Shown here one piece after another: positions 46,577-56,600 of a stretch of DNA of 64,000 nt. Each line of letters opens with the position of its first letter. Within the stretch, counting starts at the first letter, position 1. The DNA is from Alloascoidea hylecoeti. Taxonomy: Eukaryota. A program made the translations under genes and the position numbers. The stretch covers positions 212,194 through 276,193 of the forward strand of contig BCKZ01000009.1 of NCBI GenBank assembly GCA_001600815.1, in the 5' to 3' direction. Below the pieces are notes generated by a model. That model was not told the origin of the DNA, did not search any database, and saw nothing but the letters and a program-made list of their open reading frames with translations.

Positions 46577-47962
46577 ATGGCGGAGAGAAATTTGGTAAGA
46601 AACATGTACATTTGTCGCAACAATTATGCTCATTGTTACTGACAACAATTATAGAATCTAGAGGTACTTATTTAATCAAAGTTCATTATCAACTAAATAA
46701 TTCTAACTTATATGAAAGACAAATCTTGTCAGTGCTACAGTAGCAGGCACTACTGGTGCAATTTTCGACACCACTGTTACATGTATGATCTTTTGTTTCT
46801 TGTTAAACGGTGTTACTAGGGCTAAATCTTACTTTTACAATCAAATATTTATACTATAGATCCACTAGAGTATCTGAAAGTCTCATCTCAGCTGCACTAT
46901 TACCCAAGATCTCCCGCTGCAATCGCCAAAGCAAATACCGCTTCGTATAAAATAGAGCCTTCACCTATAATTCCACGTAATCTTCGCTATTTCTTTGACG
47001 GTGCTTCAGTTCAAGTTTCGGGGAATGCTCTAAAAGCAATTCTGCGTATTTCCGCTTACAATTATTTAACAAAGCAAATGGCCGATGAGAATGGAAAAAC
47101 AACACCATCTAGAGTCGTCTCTGCTGGATTTATGGTCGGTTTGATGGAATCCCTTTGGATTGTACCTTTCGAGTGTGTTAAAACTGGCATGATTGAAAAT
47201 TCAATGCTTAAAATCAAAAACGAAATGTCTGAGCAGGCAGCTAATCCCGTTAAAACAACTAATCCAGTTTCCTCCCAAGCGGAGCCAATAAAATCAACTG
47301 TAAAAGCAGCCGGAAGAAACGATTCCTCAAAAACTATATTGAACAGTCTTAAATCTGGTTCTTTCAAGCAATCACAAAAAGAAAAAAATGCACAAGGTTC
47401 TAACTATAAAGAGTTGACGGAATTGGAAAAGAAGCGATTAACTGCCCTCGAAAAATGGGACAAAGTTCCAGCAAATGGTGTACGTCAGACGATTTCTCAG
47501 ATGTATGAACTTCGTGGAACTAGAGCTTTTGTACAAGGCTTCTTTCCGACCCTTTTAAGACAAGCGGCCAATTCTGCCGTTCGTTTTTCAAGTTATAATG
47601 CCATGAAGCAATTATTTTTACCAAAAGATTTATCTACTAGTTATTATGATTTTTTTGATGCAACAGCAATTTCTATGTTGATTTCCTTGTCTTCCTCGGC
47701 GTTAGTAGTTTTGGTAACACAACCAGTTGATGTTGTAAAGACAAGAATGCAATCCAAGTTTTCACATTACTACTATAGAAGTTCGTCTTTAGTTTGCCTT
47801 TACGCAACATTTAAAGATGAGTCTTGGAAGTCACTTTGGAGAGGTAGTTTTCATCGATTTGTTAAGATTGGAACAAGTGGTGCGATTACAATGTCTGTTT
47901 ATGAATTAGTTAATAAATATACAACTAGAGCGATGCAAGAAACTCCTTTCTCTGCAAACTAG
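46577..47962 (+). CDS. MRX20: mitochondrial carrier (SLC25), Mrx20/YFR045W- or Ctp1-related; exons 46577..46594, 46655..46663, 46719..46782, 46860..47962
   Basis: Spliced N-terminus MAERNL|NLE|TNLVSATVAGTTGAIFDTTVT|YPLEYLK supplies carrier repeat 1; repeat 2 is PFECVKT and repeat 3 is PVDVVKTRMQ; also RQAANSAVRF. Orthologue name and exons 1-2 are less certain than the family call. Confidence 0.78.
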
Positions 47963-48315
47963 ATTTCATATAAATAAATACATGTTTCATTAATTTATAT
48001 ATTTAGTGTACAATCAATAAAGTACACATGTGGCTTATAAGTAATACATTATACATTTTCTTCGGTATGGAGAATAAGTACTAGTGGTAAAATGCGTAGT
48101 TAATTTCAGAGCTTGTCTCTTCTTGAGAATACTCACCTATAGGAAAGTATAGTAACCGCTCTGCTCATTACTAGAGTATAATTTCTCTATTTGTGACTAC
48201 TGCTATATTTGTAATATATTACCTGTAGCACGGTATATACAATATAATCGTTATAGCTATAGAAATCAAAGACAATACAATTCAACTCATACGACAACCT
48301 TCCCACTCTTCATCT

Positions 48316-50691
48316 TTAATATAATCCTTCTGTATTTACAGCCTCACATTTAGCAACACCTTGACTTTTTGTTAGGGTTCCAATCTTAAAGACCTTTTCA
48401 CCAGCCTTCTCAAGAATATGAGTTACTTCAGTGACATTTTCTGGTTCCACAATTATAACCATACCAATACCCATATTTAGAGTTTTTAGGATATCACTGA
48501 CAGGAACATTTCCTGCTTTACCTAACCATTTAAAAACAGGAGGAATTGGCCATGTTGACATATCAACAATGGCCGAGAGTGATGATGGCAAAGCACGAGG
48601 AACATTTTCAATTAAGCCACCACCAGTAATATGTGCCATACCTAAAATCAAATCTTTTTTAATGGCTGGCAGTAGTTGTTTGACATAAATCTTTGTAGGA
48701 ATTAATAAAGATCTTCCAACAGTTGTAGATTTATCCCATGGAGCAACATCTTCAAATGATAACCCAGCATGCTCGACAATTTTACGAACTAGTGAAAATC
48801 CATTAGAATGAATACCACTTGATGCAAGACCCAATAGAACATTACTTTCCCTCATCAACTCAGTTTTAGGTAAAACCTTTCCTCGATTTACAGCACCAAT
48901 ACAAGTACCATTTGCATCATAATCGTCACCATGATAAATACCGGGCATCTCAGCAGTTTCTCCACCAATTAAAGCACAACCGGCTTGTAAACATCCTTCT
49001 GCGACACCGGATACAAATTGTACAGCAGCTTCAATTTTTAATTTACCTGAAGCATAGTAATCCAAGAAGAATAAAGGCTCGGCACCTTGAACAACTAAAT
49101 CATTAACATTCATAGCAACTAAATCAATACCAACCGTATCATGCTTCCTAATGCTCTGAGCAATTATTAATTTTGTACCAACGCCATCTGTAGCACCAAC
49201 TAATAACGCATCAGTATAACCAGCAGCTTTGAGATCAAAAATACCCCCAAACCCACCAATCTCCGAATTAGTTCCTGATCTTGCAGTAGATCTGACTTTT
49301 GCCTTAATTTGTTCAACAAGCAAAGAACCATTCTCAATTGATACACCAGCATCAGCATAAGTGATTCCCTTAATTTCATTAGCTTGCTGTTTAAAAGCAC
49401 GATGTGCGATATCTTTTCTATTGTATTTTCCCTTGAAAGAGACAGCATCAACTGCTGCGTATGCTTTTGCAATGGCTTGCTTTAAATCATCAGCAATAGC
49501 TGTAACCGCAATAACTCTTCCACCGCTAGTAACAATATTTTGGTTGGCATCAATGGATGTTCCTGCATGAAATACAACAACATCTTTGCCTAGCTTGTTC
49601 TCATCAATAGTAATGATATCACCCTTTTCATATTTGGAAGGATAACCACCAGCAGCTAATACAACTGTTGTTGCAAATTTATTCGAGATCTTGATATCAA
49701 TAGAGTCTAAGCGATGTTCAGCACAAGCTAATAGAATCTGAGCAAAATCCATTTCCTTCGAAATTAAAGGTAATACGGTTTGCGTTTCTGGGTCACCAAA
49801 TCTAACGTTGTACTCCAACACCTTTGGAGCTGTACCATTGTTTGTTAACATTATACCAGTAAATAGCATTCCAACAAACGGTATTCCATCTTTTCGCATA
49901 CCATCAATGGTTGGTTGTAAAATAGTGTCTCTAATTTGCTGCAACAGTTTTGGAGAAGCAATAGGAGTAGGAGAATAAGCACCCATACCACCGGTATTCA
50001 AACCAGTATCTCCATCTCCAGCTCGTTTATGATCTTGAGCAGGTGGTAAATCAACGACAGTATAACCATCACTGAAAGCCAAAATAGAAAGTTCGTCACC
50101 TTCCAAGTACTCTTCAATGACTACCTCATCTCCAGCTTCACCGAATTCCTTATCTACCATTATTTGTTTTAAGCCTTCGACAGCTTCTTGTTTGGAAGAA
50201 GGAATTAGTACTCCTTTACCTGCAGCAAGACCTGAAGCTTTAATAACTACATTGAAATCAGCCTTTTCAATAAACTGCTTAGCCTTTTCATAGTCAGTAA
50301 AATTTTCAAATTTGGCAGTTGGAATATTATGCTTTTTCATAAAAACCTTAGAAAAGGTTTTCGAACCTTCCATAACTGCAGCCTTTGCACTGGGACCAAA
50401 AACTGGTATTCCCACTTTTTTAAAGTAATCTGAGATTCCTTCGACCAATGGTTGTTCTGGACCAGGAATAACTAGACCAACATCATTCTCCTGTGCAAAA
50501 GCAACTAAATGTTCAAAATCCTTTTTACTGGCGCCGATAGGGATATTTTGAACTTTAGAACTAAATGATCCAGTTCCACCGTTTCCAGGAGCGACAAAGA
50601 TTTTCGAGACAGTTGGAGATTGAGCCAAACGCCAAGCTAAAGCATGTTCACGGCCACCGTTTCCTACCAGCAGGATATTAAGAGAGGTCAT
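48316..50691 (-). CDS. ADE5,7: bifunctional GAR synthetase / AIR synthetase
   Basis: ILLVGNGGREHALAW, KASGLAAGKGV, NTGGMGAY, EYNVRFGDPETQ; then TYADAGV, TDGVGTKL, GGETAEMPG, HSNGFSLVRK, AHITGGGL, NMGIGMV. Confidence 0.98.
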   Translation of the reverse strand: MTSLNILLVGNGGREHALAWRLAQSPTVSKIFVAPGNGGTGSFSSKVQNIPIGASKKDFEHLVAFAQENDVGLVIPGPEQPLVEGISDYFKKVGIPVFGPSAKAAVMEGSKTFSKVFMKKHNIPTAKFENFTDYEKAKQFIEKADFNVVIKASGLAAGKGVLIPSSKQEAVEGLKQIMVDKEFGEAGDEVVIEEYLEGDELSILAFSDGYTVVDLPPAQDHKRAGDGDTGLNTGGMGAYSPTPIASPKLLQQIRDTILQPTIDGMRKDGIPFVGMLFTGIMLTNNGTAPKVLEYNVRFGDPETQTVLPLISKEMDFAQILLACAEHRLDSIDIKISNKFATTVVLAAGGYPSKYEKGDIITIDENKLGKDVVVFHAGTSIDANQNIVTSGGRVIAVTAIADDLKQAIAKAYAAVDAVSFKGKYNRKDIAHRAFKQQANEIKGITYADAGVSIENGSLLVEQIKAKVRSTARSGTNSEIGGFGGIFDLKAAGYTDALLVGATDGVGTKLIIAQSIRKHDTVGIDLVAMNVNDLVVQGAEPLFFLDYYASGKLKIEAAVQFVSGVAEGCLQAGCALIGGETAEMPGIYHGDDYDANGTCIGAVNRGKVLPKTELMRESNVLLGLASSGIHSNGFSLVRKIVEHAGLSFEDVAPWDKSTTVGRSLLIPTKIYVKQLLPAIKKDLILGMAHITGGGLIENVPRALPSSLSAIVDMSTWPIPPVFKWLGKAGNVPVSDILKTLNMGIGMVIIVEPENVTEVTHILEKAGEKVFKIGTLTKSQGVAKCEAVNTEGLY

Positions 50692-51810
50692 ATTGTTTTA
50701 TAACGGAATAATTTGCAATTGGATATCCAATTGATCTTTTTTTTTTTTTTTCAGGCTGGATCGTCCAGACTCAAATATACGCTACGGTTGGATCATCGCA
50801 AACTAACTAACTGATATTATCATGTGACCTAAATGTTAACCTTAATATTGATATCGGTAGATAAAATAGCATCTAGAAAAATAATTTGAAGATAATTATA
50901 AGTCTTTATTAAGTCATGAGCTATATACAATAAACAATAATGTATAAGTAATAATAAAGTTATAAACTATCTGGTCAAAATCCGAAGATAAAAAAAAGAA
51001 AGAAAAAAAACCTTCGATGAAGAGGAAATGGGTCAATCAGAAAATTAAGTCATTATTAAGGACCATAATTCTAACTAATAAGATGTAAAGGGGATTTGGG
51101 TGGGGAAGCAATAGAGCACATTGAATGTTTTGTTGGTATAAATTCATAAGACAATAACGTATATTTTTATAGTGTTTTTTAAATTTTTTTTTTTTTTTTT
51201 TATATTTTCTTAGGGAGGAAAGGAGGAGGATGTCAATTTTATAATTTTATAATAATTTGAATATATAATTTGAATATGTTAATTTGATTTATTGATAATT
51301 GCATTGTATTGTACCATAGCAGTTTGACAAAGTTTGACAAATCGTTGATTGTGATTGTAATTGTAATACTAGAGGCGCCAATGAACACCATATAATATAA
51401 ACAATTTGAAATTGATATCAAATTTCCGTATTTCATGTAGTTGGATCAATATCAAAATCTTGGAGACAAGGAAATAGCAATATTTTTGTAGGAATTGTAA
51501 AAAAAGAAAGTATAAGCAAAAGTAAAATAAAGCAGAATAAATAAAAAGCAAACATACAATATATAAAAAATAATCAGTAACAAAGATATGAACGATTCGT
51601 TAAGACCTCGACAAAAAAATTACCATTCCATAGAAAGGTTACGAGCCAATTCAAAGGATTCATTCATTGTACAGAAATAATAAAACAAGAATGCCGGAAT
51701 AGATCTTCAAGCACATTTAGAAATGAAAGCTAAAGATGAAGGAGAGCAATCATTATTAAAAAGAAAAAAAAAAATAAGAAAAGCAAAACAAAACAAAATA
51801 AATTAAATTA

Positions 51811-51881
51811 AAAATAAAATAAAATAAAATAAAAAAAATAAAATAAAATAAAATAAAATAAAATAAAATAAAAAATAAAAT
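51811..51881. repeat. (AAAAT)n microsatellite downstream of DHH1
   Basis: Near-perfect pentamer run; would read (UUUUA)n in a DHH1 3' UTR. Confidence 0.85.
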
Positions 51882-51947
51882 AAGAATGAAAAAAAAGTAC
51901 ATAAAATGAACGGCCCTATAATCATTCTTCAATATCTAAATCGATGA

Positions 51948-53498
51948 TTATTGACGGAGTCCATTGGGATATTGCTGATATTGTTGTTGGGGAGGTATTT
52001 GTTGACGTTGTTGGGGTTGAGATTGTGAAGGTTGTTGTTGTGATCTCTGTTTTCCCTCTTGCTGCTGTCTATTTTGAAACTGGTTGAATTGATTTTCATG
52101 TCGGTTGTAGTTTCCATGCTCTTTATAATGGCTTTTTGGCATCTCAGGGATTGGAACAGGTCTTGGAACAGTATCTGGATTTTCACTAACATATAAAGAT
52201 TTGTCAATCTGGGCTGGAATTGGAATAATCTCTGTACCCAATTCTTGTTCAATTTTATATAAATTGAATCGATCATTCCAATTGATCAAATTAATAGCCA
52301 AACCTAAATGACCAAAACGACCAGAACGACCAATACGGTGAAGATAAGTCTCTGCATTTTTAGGGAAATCAAAGTTAATAACAACATTAACAGCTTGAAT
52401 ATCAATTCCACGTGTCAGCAAGTCGGAACAGACTAGATTTCGAACTTTGCCTATCCTGAATTCATGGAACACTTTATTTCTGGCAGATTGTGGCATTTTA
52501 GCGTGTGAGTAATAACAAGAATAACCCAATTCTGTGATTTTCTTGGCTAATAATTCCACACGATTAGTGGAGTTACAAAAAATAATAGACTGATTGATTT
52601 GGAGTTTAGAAAATAAAGTATTGAGACAATGCAATTTTTGCTTCTCTTCTACAAAAGCGTAGTATTGAGTGATGCCACGAAGGGTTAATTCGTCCATAAG
52701 ATTGATTTCATAAGGGCGTGTTAAATGTTTATCCATAAAGCTCTTTACGGCCAATGGGAAAGTAGCAGAAAAAAGTAAGGTTTGATGCTCCTTTGGGAAA
52801 AAACTAATGAGTTGCTCGACAATGATAGTAAATTCTGGAGCCAGTAGTTTATCTGCCTCATCCATAATAAACATTGGACACTCTGAGAAATCGGCAATCC
52901 CTCTACTAGCCAAATCTAAGACTCGTCCTGGGGTTCCAACCAAAACATGGACAGTTTCGTTCAATCTTAAAATATCATCTTTCAGAGTCGTACCACCGGT
53001 AGTAACCATGATTTGTACACCTAAATGTTTACCTAAAGTTCGTGCCACTTGGGATGTTTGTAAAGCTAATTCTCGTGTTGGTACTAGTATAACTGCCTGA
53101 ATTTTATCTGTTTTTGGTTTTATTTTTTCTAAGGCTGGGATGGTGAAAGCAGCTGTCTTTCCCGTTCCATTTTTGGCTCTAGCTAATATATCTCTACCGG
53201 CAATGGCGATAGGAATGGCTTCTTCTTGTATGGGGGATGGATTTTCGAAACCAGCCTCGAAGATTCCCATAAGTAGTTCTCGTTTGAGGTAGAAATCTTC
53301 AAAGCTGTTTCCTTTCGTTGCGGTGACATCTTCAGTTTGTACTCTTGAATCTTTTGGGGGTAAAGACAGGTTAGATTTCCAGTCTGCTGATTCTTGGCTG
53401 TCGGAGGGTTAAAAGGGGTAGCAATATAAGGATGGAATAGAATCATATACTCACTTGGTTGACGTGGCACCCAATTGGTTCGTTAGATCTGCGGACAT
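51948..53498 (-). CDS. DHH1: DEAD-box RNA helicase Dhh1/DDX6; exons 53498..53455 and 53397..51948
   Basis: Intron 53398..53454 (GTGAGT..TTTTAAC..CAG) gives [52 protein letters not shown]. Motifs [39 protein letters not shown]-rich tail. Confidence 0.97.
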
Positions 53499-53625
53499 GT
53501 TGGATATTGGAGTTTTAGAGGCGGAATGTAAAAGTTAATAAGAATCGTTGAATAAGAAAATACAATAAAGAAAAAGAGTTGCAAAGAAGAAAGATCGGAA
53601 GGGGCGAGAAAATATTGGTTTCGGC

Positions 53626-53632
53626 CGGGTAA
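53626..53632. promoter_or_regulatory. Reb1-type site CGGGTAA in the DHH1/STE7 divergent promoter
   Basis: Exact motif at the centre of a 250-bp head-to-head spacer. Confidence 0.6.
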
Positions 53633-53748
53633 AAAAATGTCCGAATGGTGTGTGCGTAAATATGGGGACGTCCTGCGAACACCTGGGAACGCCGCATCTC
53701 ACACGCCTTTTCCTGGTCTTCCTTCTGTTTACTGTGTCAAACTCCAAT

Positions 53749-54972
53749 ATGTCTCTCTCAAATCACTCTGGGTCCCCGTTGCAGCAAGGAGGTCAAACCA
53801 TCCTCCCTCCGAAGTCCCTCAAGAGACGAAACCTGAAGCACCTCACTCTAGGTGGTGGTGCCGATGGACCTTCCTCGTCCCCCTCTGGCCCAGCACCTCT
53901 CTCTCTGGCTGCTCGTCCCAGTCCCCCGAATCTGTCGGCTGGAAATCCCCAGTCCGCATCCTCTCACCCTACCTCTGCTGTTCATACCAGCGCATCTGAG
54001 GTCATTGTGGATAAATCTGGGCGCAAATGGCTGCCTGCTCCCTCTACAAAGCAGCTGGAGGCAGATTTCAGCCAGCTGGAACTGGGTGTAGAATTCAAGA
54101 TAGAGATTAAAAATGCCGATCTGGTCCAATTGAAAGCCTTAGGGTCAGGAAATGGTGGAACCGTCACTAAAGTAATGCATATACCAACCCAGAAAATCAT
54201 GGCAAAGAAGACAATTCGAATTGATGGTCAGCCCGAAGTACGCAAACAAATTGTAAGAGAACTACATATAATGCATGAGTGTGATAATGATAATATTGTT
54301 GATTTCTATGGTGCTTATGTATTGGAGGGTGATGTTGTCATGTGTATGGAATACATGGATTGTGGCTCTCTGGATCAAATATCTAAAAAAGTTGGAAAGA
54401 TCCCAGAAGATGTCTTGGGCCAGATCACAGTCTCGATATTACATGGTCTGACGTATTTATACGAAGAACATAGGATCATCCATAGAGATGTGAAACCATC
54501 TAACGTTTTGGTGAATTCAAAGGGTCAATTCAAACTATGTGATTTTGGTGTCTCCAGGGAAATGATAAATTCGATTGCTGACACGTTTGTTGGAACCTCC
54601 ACCTATATGTCTCCAGAACGTATTCAAGGTGCTCCATATACCGTTAAAGGTGATGTTTGGTCATTAGGTCTGACTTTATATGAGTTGGCCTCTGGAAGGT
54701 TCCCTTTTGTGAATGATAATGTTGGGCCTGAAGGTATTTTGGACCTTTTGCAAAGAATTGTTAATGAACCTCCCCCTAAATTGACTGCCGAAGAAGGATT
54801 TTCACCAGACTTCATCAAAGCTGTCGATGACTGTTTATTGAAAGAGAATGTGAGGCCAACGCCGAAAGAATTATTAAGTCACCCATTCATAATTCATGCC
54901 ATTGAACATCCAGCTGATGCCAAAGGATGGACTCGAAAAATTAGACGGCAGATGAAAGAGGTCAAGAAATGA
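53749..54972 (+). CDS. STE7: MAP kinase kinase, Ste7 family
   Basis: N-terminal MAPK docking site KSLKRRNLKHLTL; LGSGNGGTV, HRDVKPSN, DFGVS..NSIADTFVGTSTYMSPERIQG. ATG 53749 is the likely start. Confidence 0.93.
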   Translation: MSLSNHSGSPLQQGGQTILPPKSLKRRNLKHLTLGGGADGPSSSPSGPAPLSLAARPSPPNLSAGNPQSASSHPTSAVHTSASEVIVDKSGRKWLPAPSTKQLEADFSQLELGVEFKIEIKNADLVQLKALGSGNGGTVTKVMHIPTQKIMAKKTIRIDGQPEVRKQIVRELHIMHECDNDNIVDFYGAYVLEGDVVMCMEYMDCGSLDQISKKVGKIPEDVLGQITVSILHGLTYLYEEHRIIHRDVKPSNVLVNSKGQFKLCDFGVSREMINSIADTFVGTSTYMSPERIQGAPYTVKGDVWSLGLTLYELASGRFPFVNDNVGPEGILDLLQRIVNEPPPKLTAEEGFSPDFIKAVDDCLLKENVRPTPKELLSHPFIIHAIEHPADAKGWTRKIRRQMKEVKK

Positions 54973-55140
54973 TGGTTTGACCTTTCTCTAATCGCCATAT
55001 ATCTGCTGTCTACTGTCTTTTAAGTGATAACATTTATAATATGGTCAGGGTGTTTTTTATCCTTCTCATGCTTGCTGCTACATACATTTCATACTTTTGT
55101 GGGAGTTTCACATTTCAAGTTTGACTGTCATGTTTTCCTT

Positions 55141-55218
55141 TTCATATTCATTTTCATATTCATATTCATTTCTATTTTCATTTTCATTTCCATTCCCGAT
55201 TTCATTTTCATTTTCATA
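55141..55218. repeat. degenerate (TTCATW)n hexamer repeat downstream of STE7
   Basis: ttcata ttcatt ttcata ttcata ttcatt...; explains the spurious FIFIFI and SYSYS ORFs. Confidence 0.8.
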
Positions 55219-55694
55219 TTTGTATTTTTCTTATACTTTCAACTTTTTTTCTATGCTTTTTGTTGTTTTCCGTCTCTTTCATTGCTCAATTCTCATTCAT
55301 ATAAAAATGTATAAACATTAAGATATCGATTGATGACTACATCATCTGGGGCACTTATTATTTAATAATAGCTATAAATATATAAGTTGGGTGGCCTACT
55401 TCTAATTGTTCACTTTTGTGGATTTTTGGTTTTTCTTCCATATTTTCAAAGTACTAATAAACCTGTGTGTAGAGTCTGTAGACCCACTCTTAATTTAAGC
55501 AAGCTTTCAAGTGGTGATTGCTCGTATTTATTTTATTGGCTGAGGCAACTTGAGTGAAAGAAAAATTATCTTGGATCTTTACAATCACCGAATTATGAAT
55601 ACATAGAAAGAATGTAATGTTCAAACAAATATTCATGCTAATATATACAAATCAGGCATAATGAAGTGTCACTTTCTATTTAAACTATACAGAT

Positions 55695-56072
55695 TTATTC
55701 ATGTTCATTTTTTCCTCCCTTGACGTTCCACAGCCATCCATCGCCAGCCTTATAAATTCCCAACGAAAACAGTCCAATTCCAAAGGTTCTAACAGTAGTT
55801 CGCCAAAGAGGTGTAACCATATTTGTCTTAGAACTAAAAGGAGAGTTATTTTTAGCAGACTTAGATTGTTCGTGAATCTGTTCTTGTGTTTTTTGAGTCG
55901 GAGACTGCTCTTTCTGTTGGTCTTTATCAAAAATGGCCCCAGATCCTAGATATAGACCAGAACCAAGCAGGAAAAAAGATGACGTAATTTGGCATGGTAG
56001 ACAATTTTCAGTTTCCTCTTTTGTCAGATCATGAGGAGGAGGTGGATTGAAAACTTTGAGTATGTTAGACAT
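55695..56072 (-). CDS. DMO2: small mitochondrial membrane protein, YDL157C/Dmo2 (DUF4536-like)
   Basis: MSNILKVFNPPPP..EETENCLPCQ (CxxC), two hydrophobic segments, GWLW end; lies between STE7 and CMR1 as YDL157C does. Confidence 0.88.
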   Translation of the reverse strand: MSNILKVFNPPPPHDLTKEETENCLPCQITSSFFLLGSGLYLGSGAIFDKDQQKEQSPTQKTQEQIHEQSKSAKNNSPFSSKTNMVTPLWRTTVRTFGIGLFSLGIYKAGDGWLWNVKGGKNEHE

Positions 56073-56600
56073 TGTTGGGGTTTTCTTTTTGGTATATTGT
56101 AGATTTAAAGAATCAGTAGGGTAACATATTCTTGCGCAACTCCAGCCAAAAAATGGAATACAATTTCAGCAATTTACTAATAACAACATCTAAGGTTCAA
56201 ACTCTAGCTGTTCAACTAAAGGGAGCATAATAGTATTATTCTAAAATGCATCATCTACTATAACTCTTCCTGAAAATTGCAAGTCTGGGAGATCTCTTTC
56301 CACTTTCATTTCAAGGCATCAAAAGAACATGTTTTCTTTATAATGAAGCCATACATTTTATACCTGTAAAAAAATAGAAAATTACTATTATAGCTATAAG
56401 ATCGATTACCTTATATCTATGGTTAATAGTTGCTATAATTATAAGCATCTTGAATGATCTGTATCTCCTTATTTATTAACCATATTCTAATTGTTTAGTC
56501 AGCTGGATCGCGTCACGACTCATTTTTTTCTAAATTTTCTAAATTTTCTAAATTTTTCGTACTACAAACAAATATCACCATATTTTCAGCTTCTTACATA

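Noticed and set aside
51450..51630. Possible DHH1 3' UTR intron (GTAATT or GTATGT donors on the minus strand)
   Set aside because: No branch point and acceptor at the spacing seen in this genome's verified introns.
55024..55321. Hydrophobic ORFs with FIFIFI or SYSYS repeats
   Set aside because: Translation of a TTCATW microsatellite downstream of STE7.
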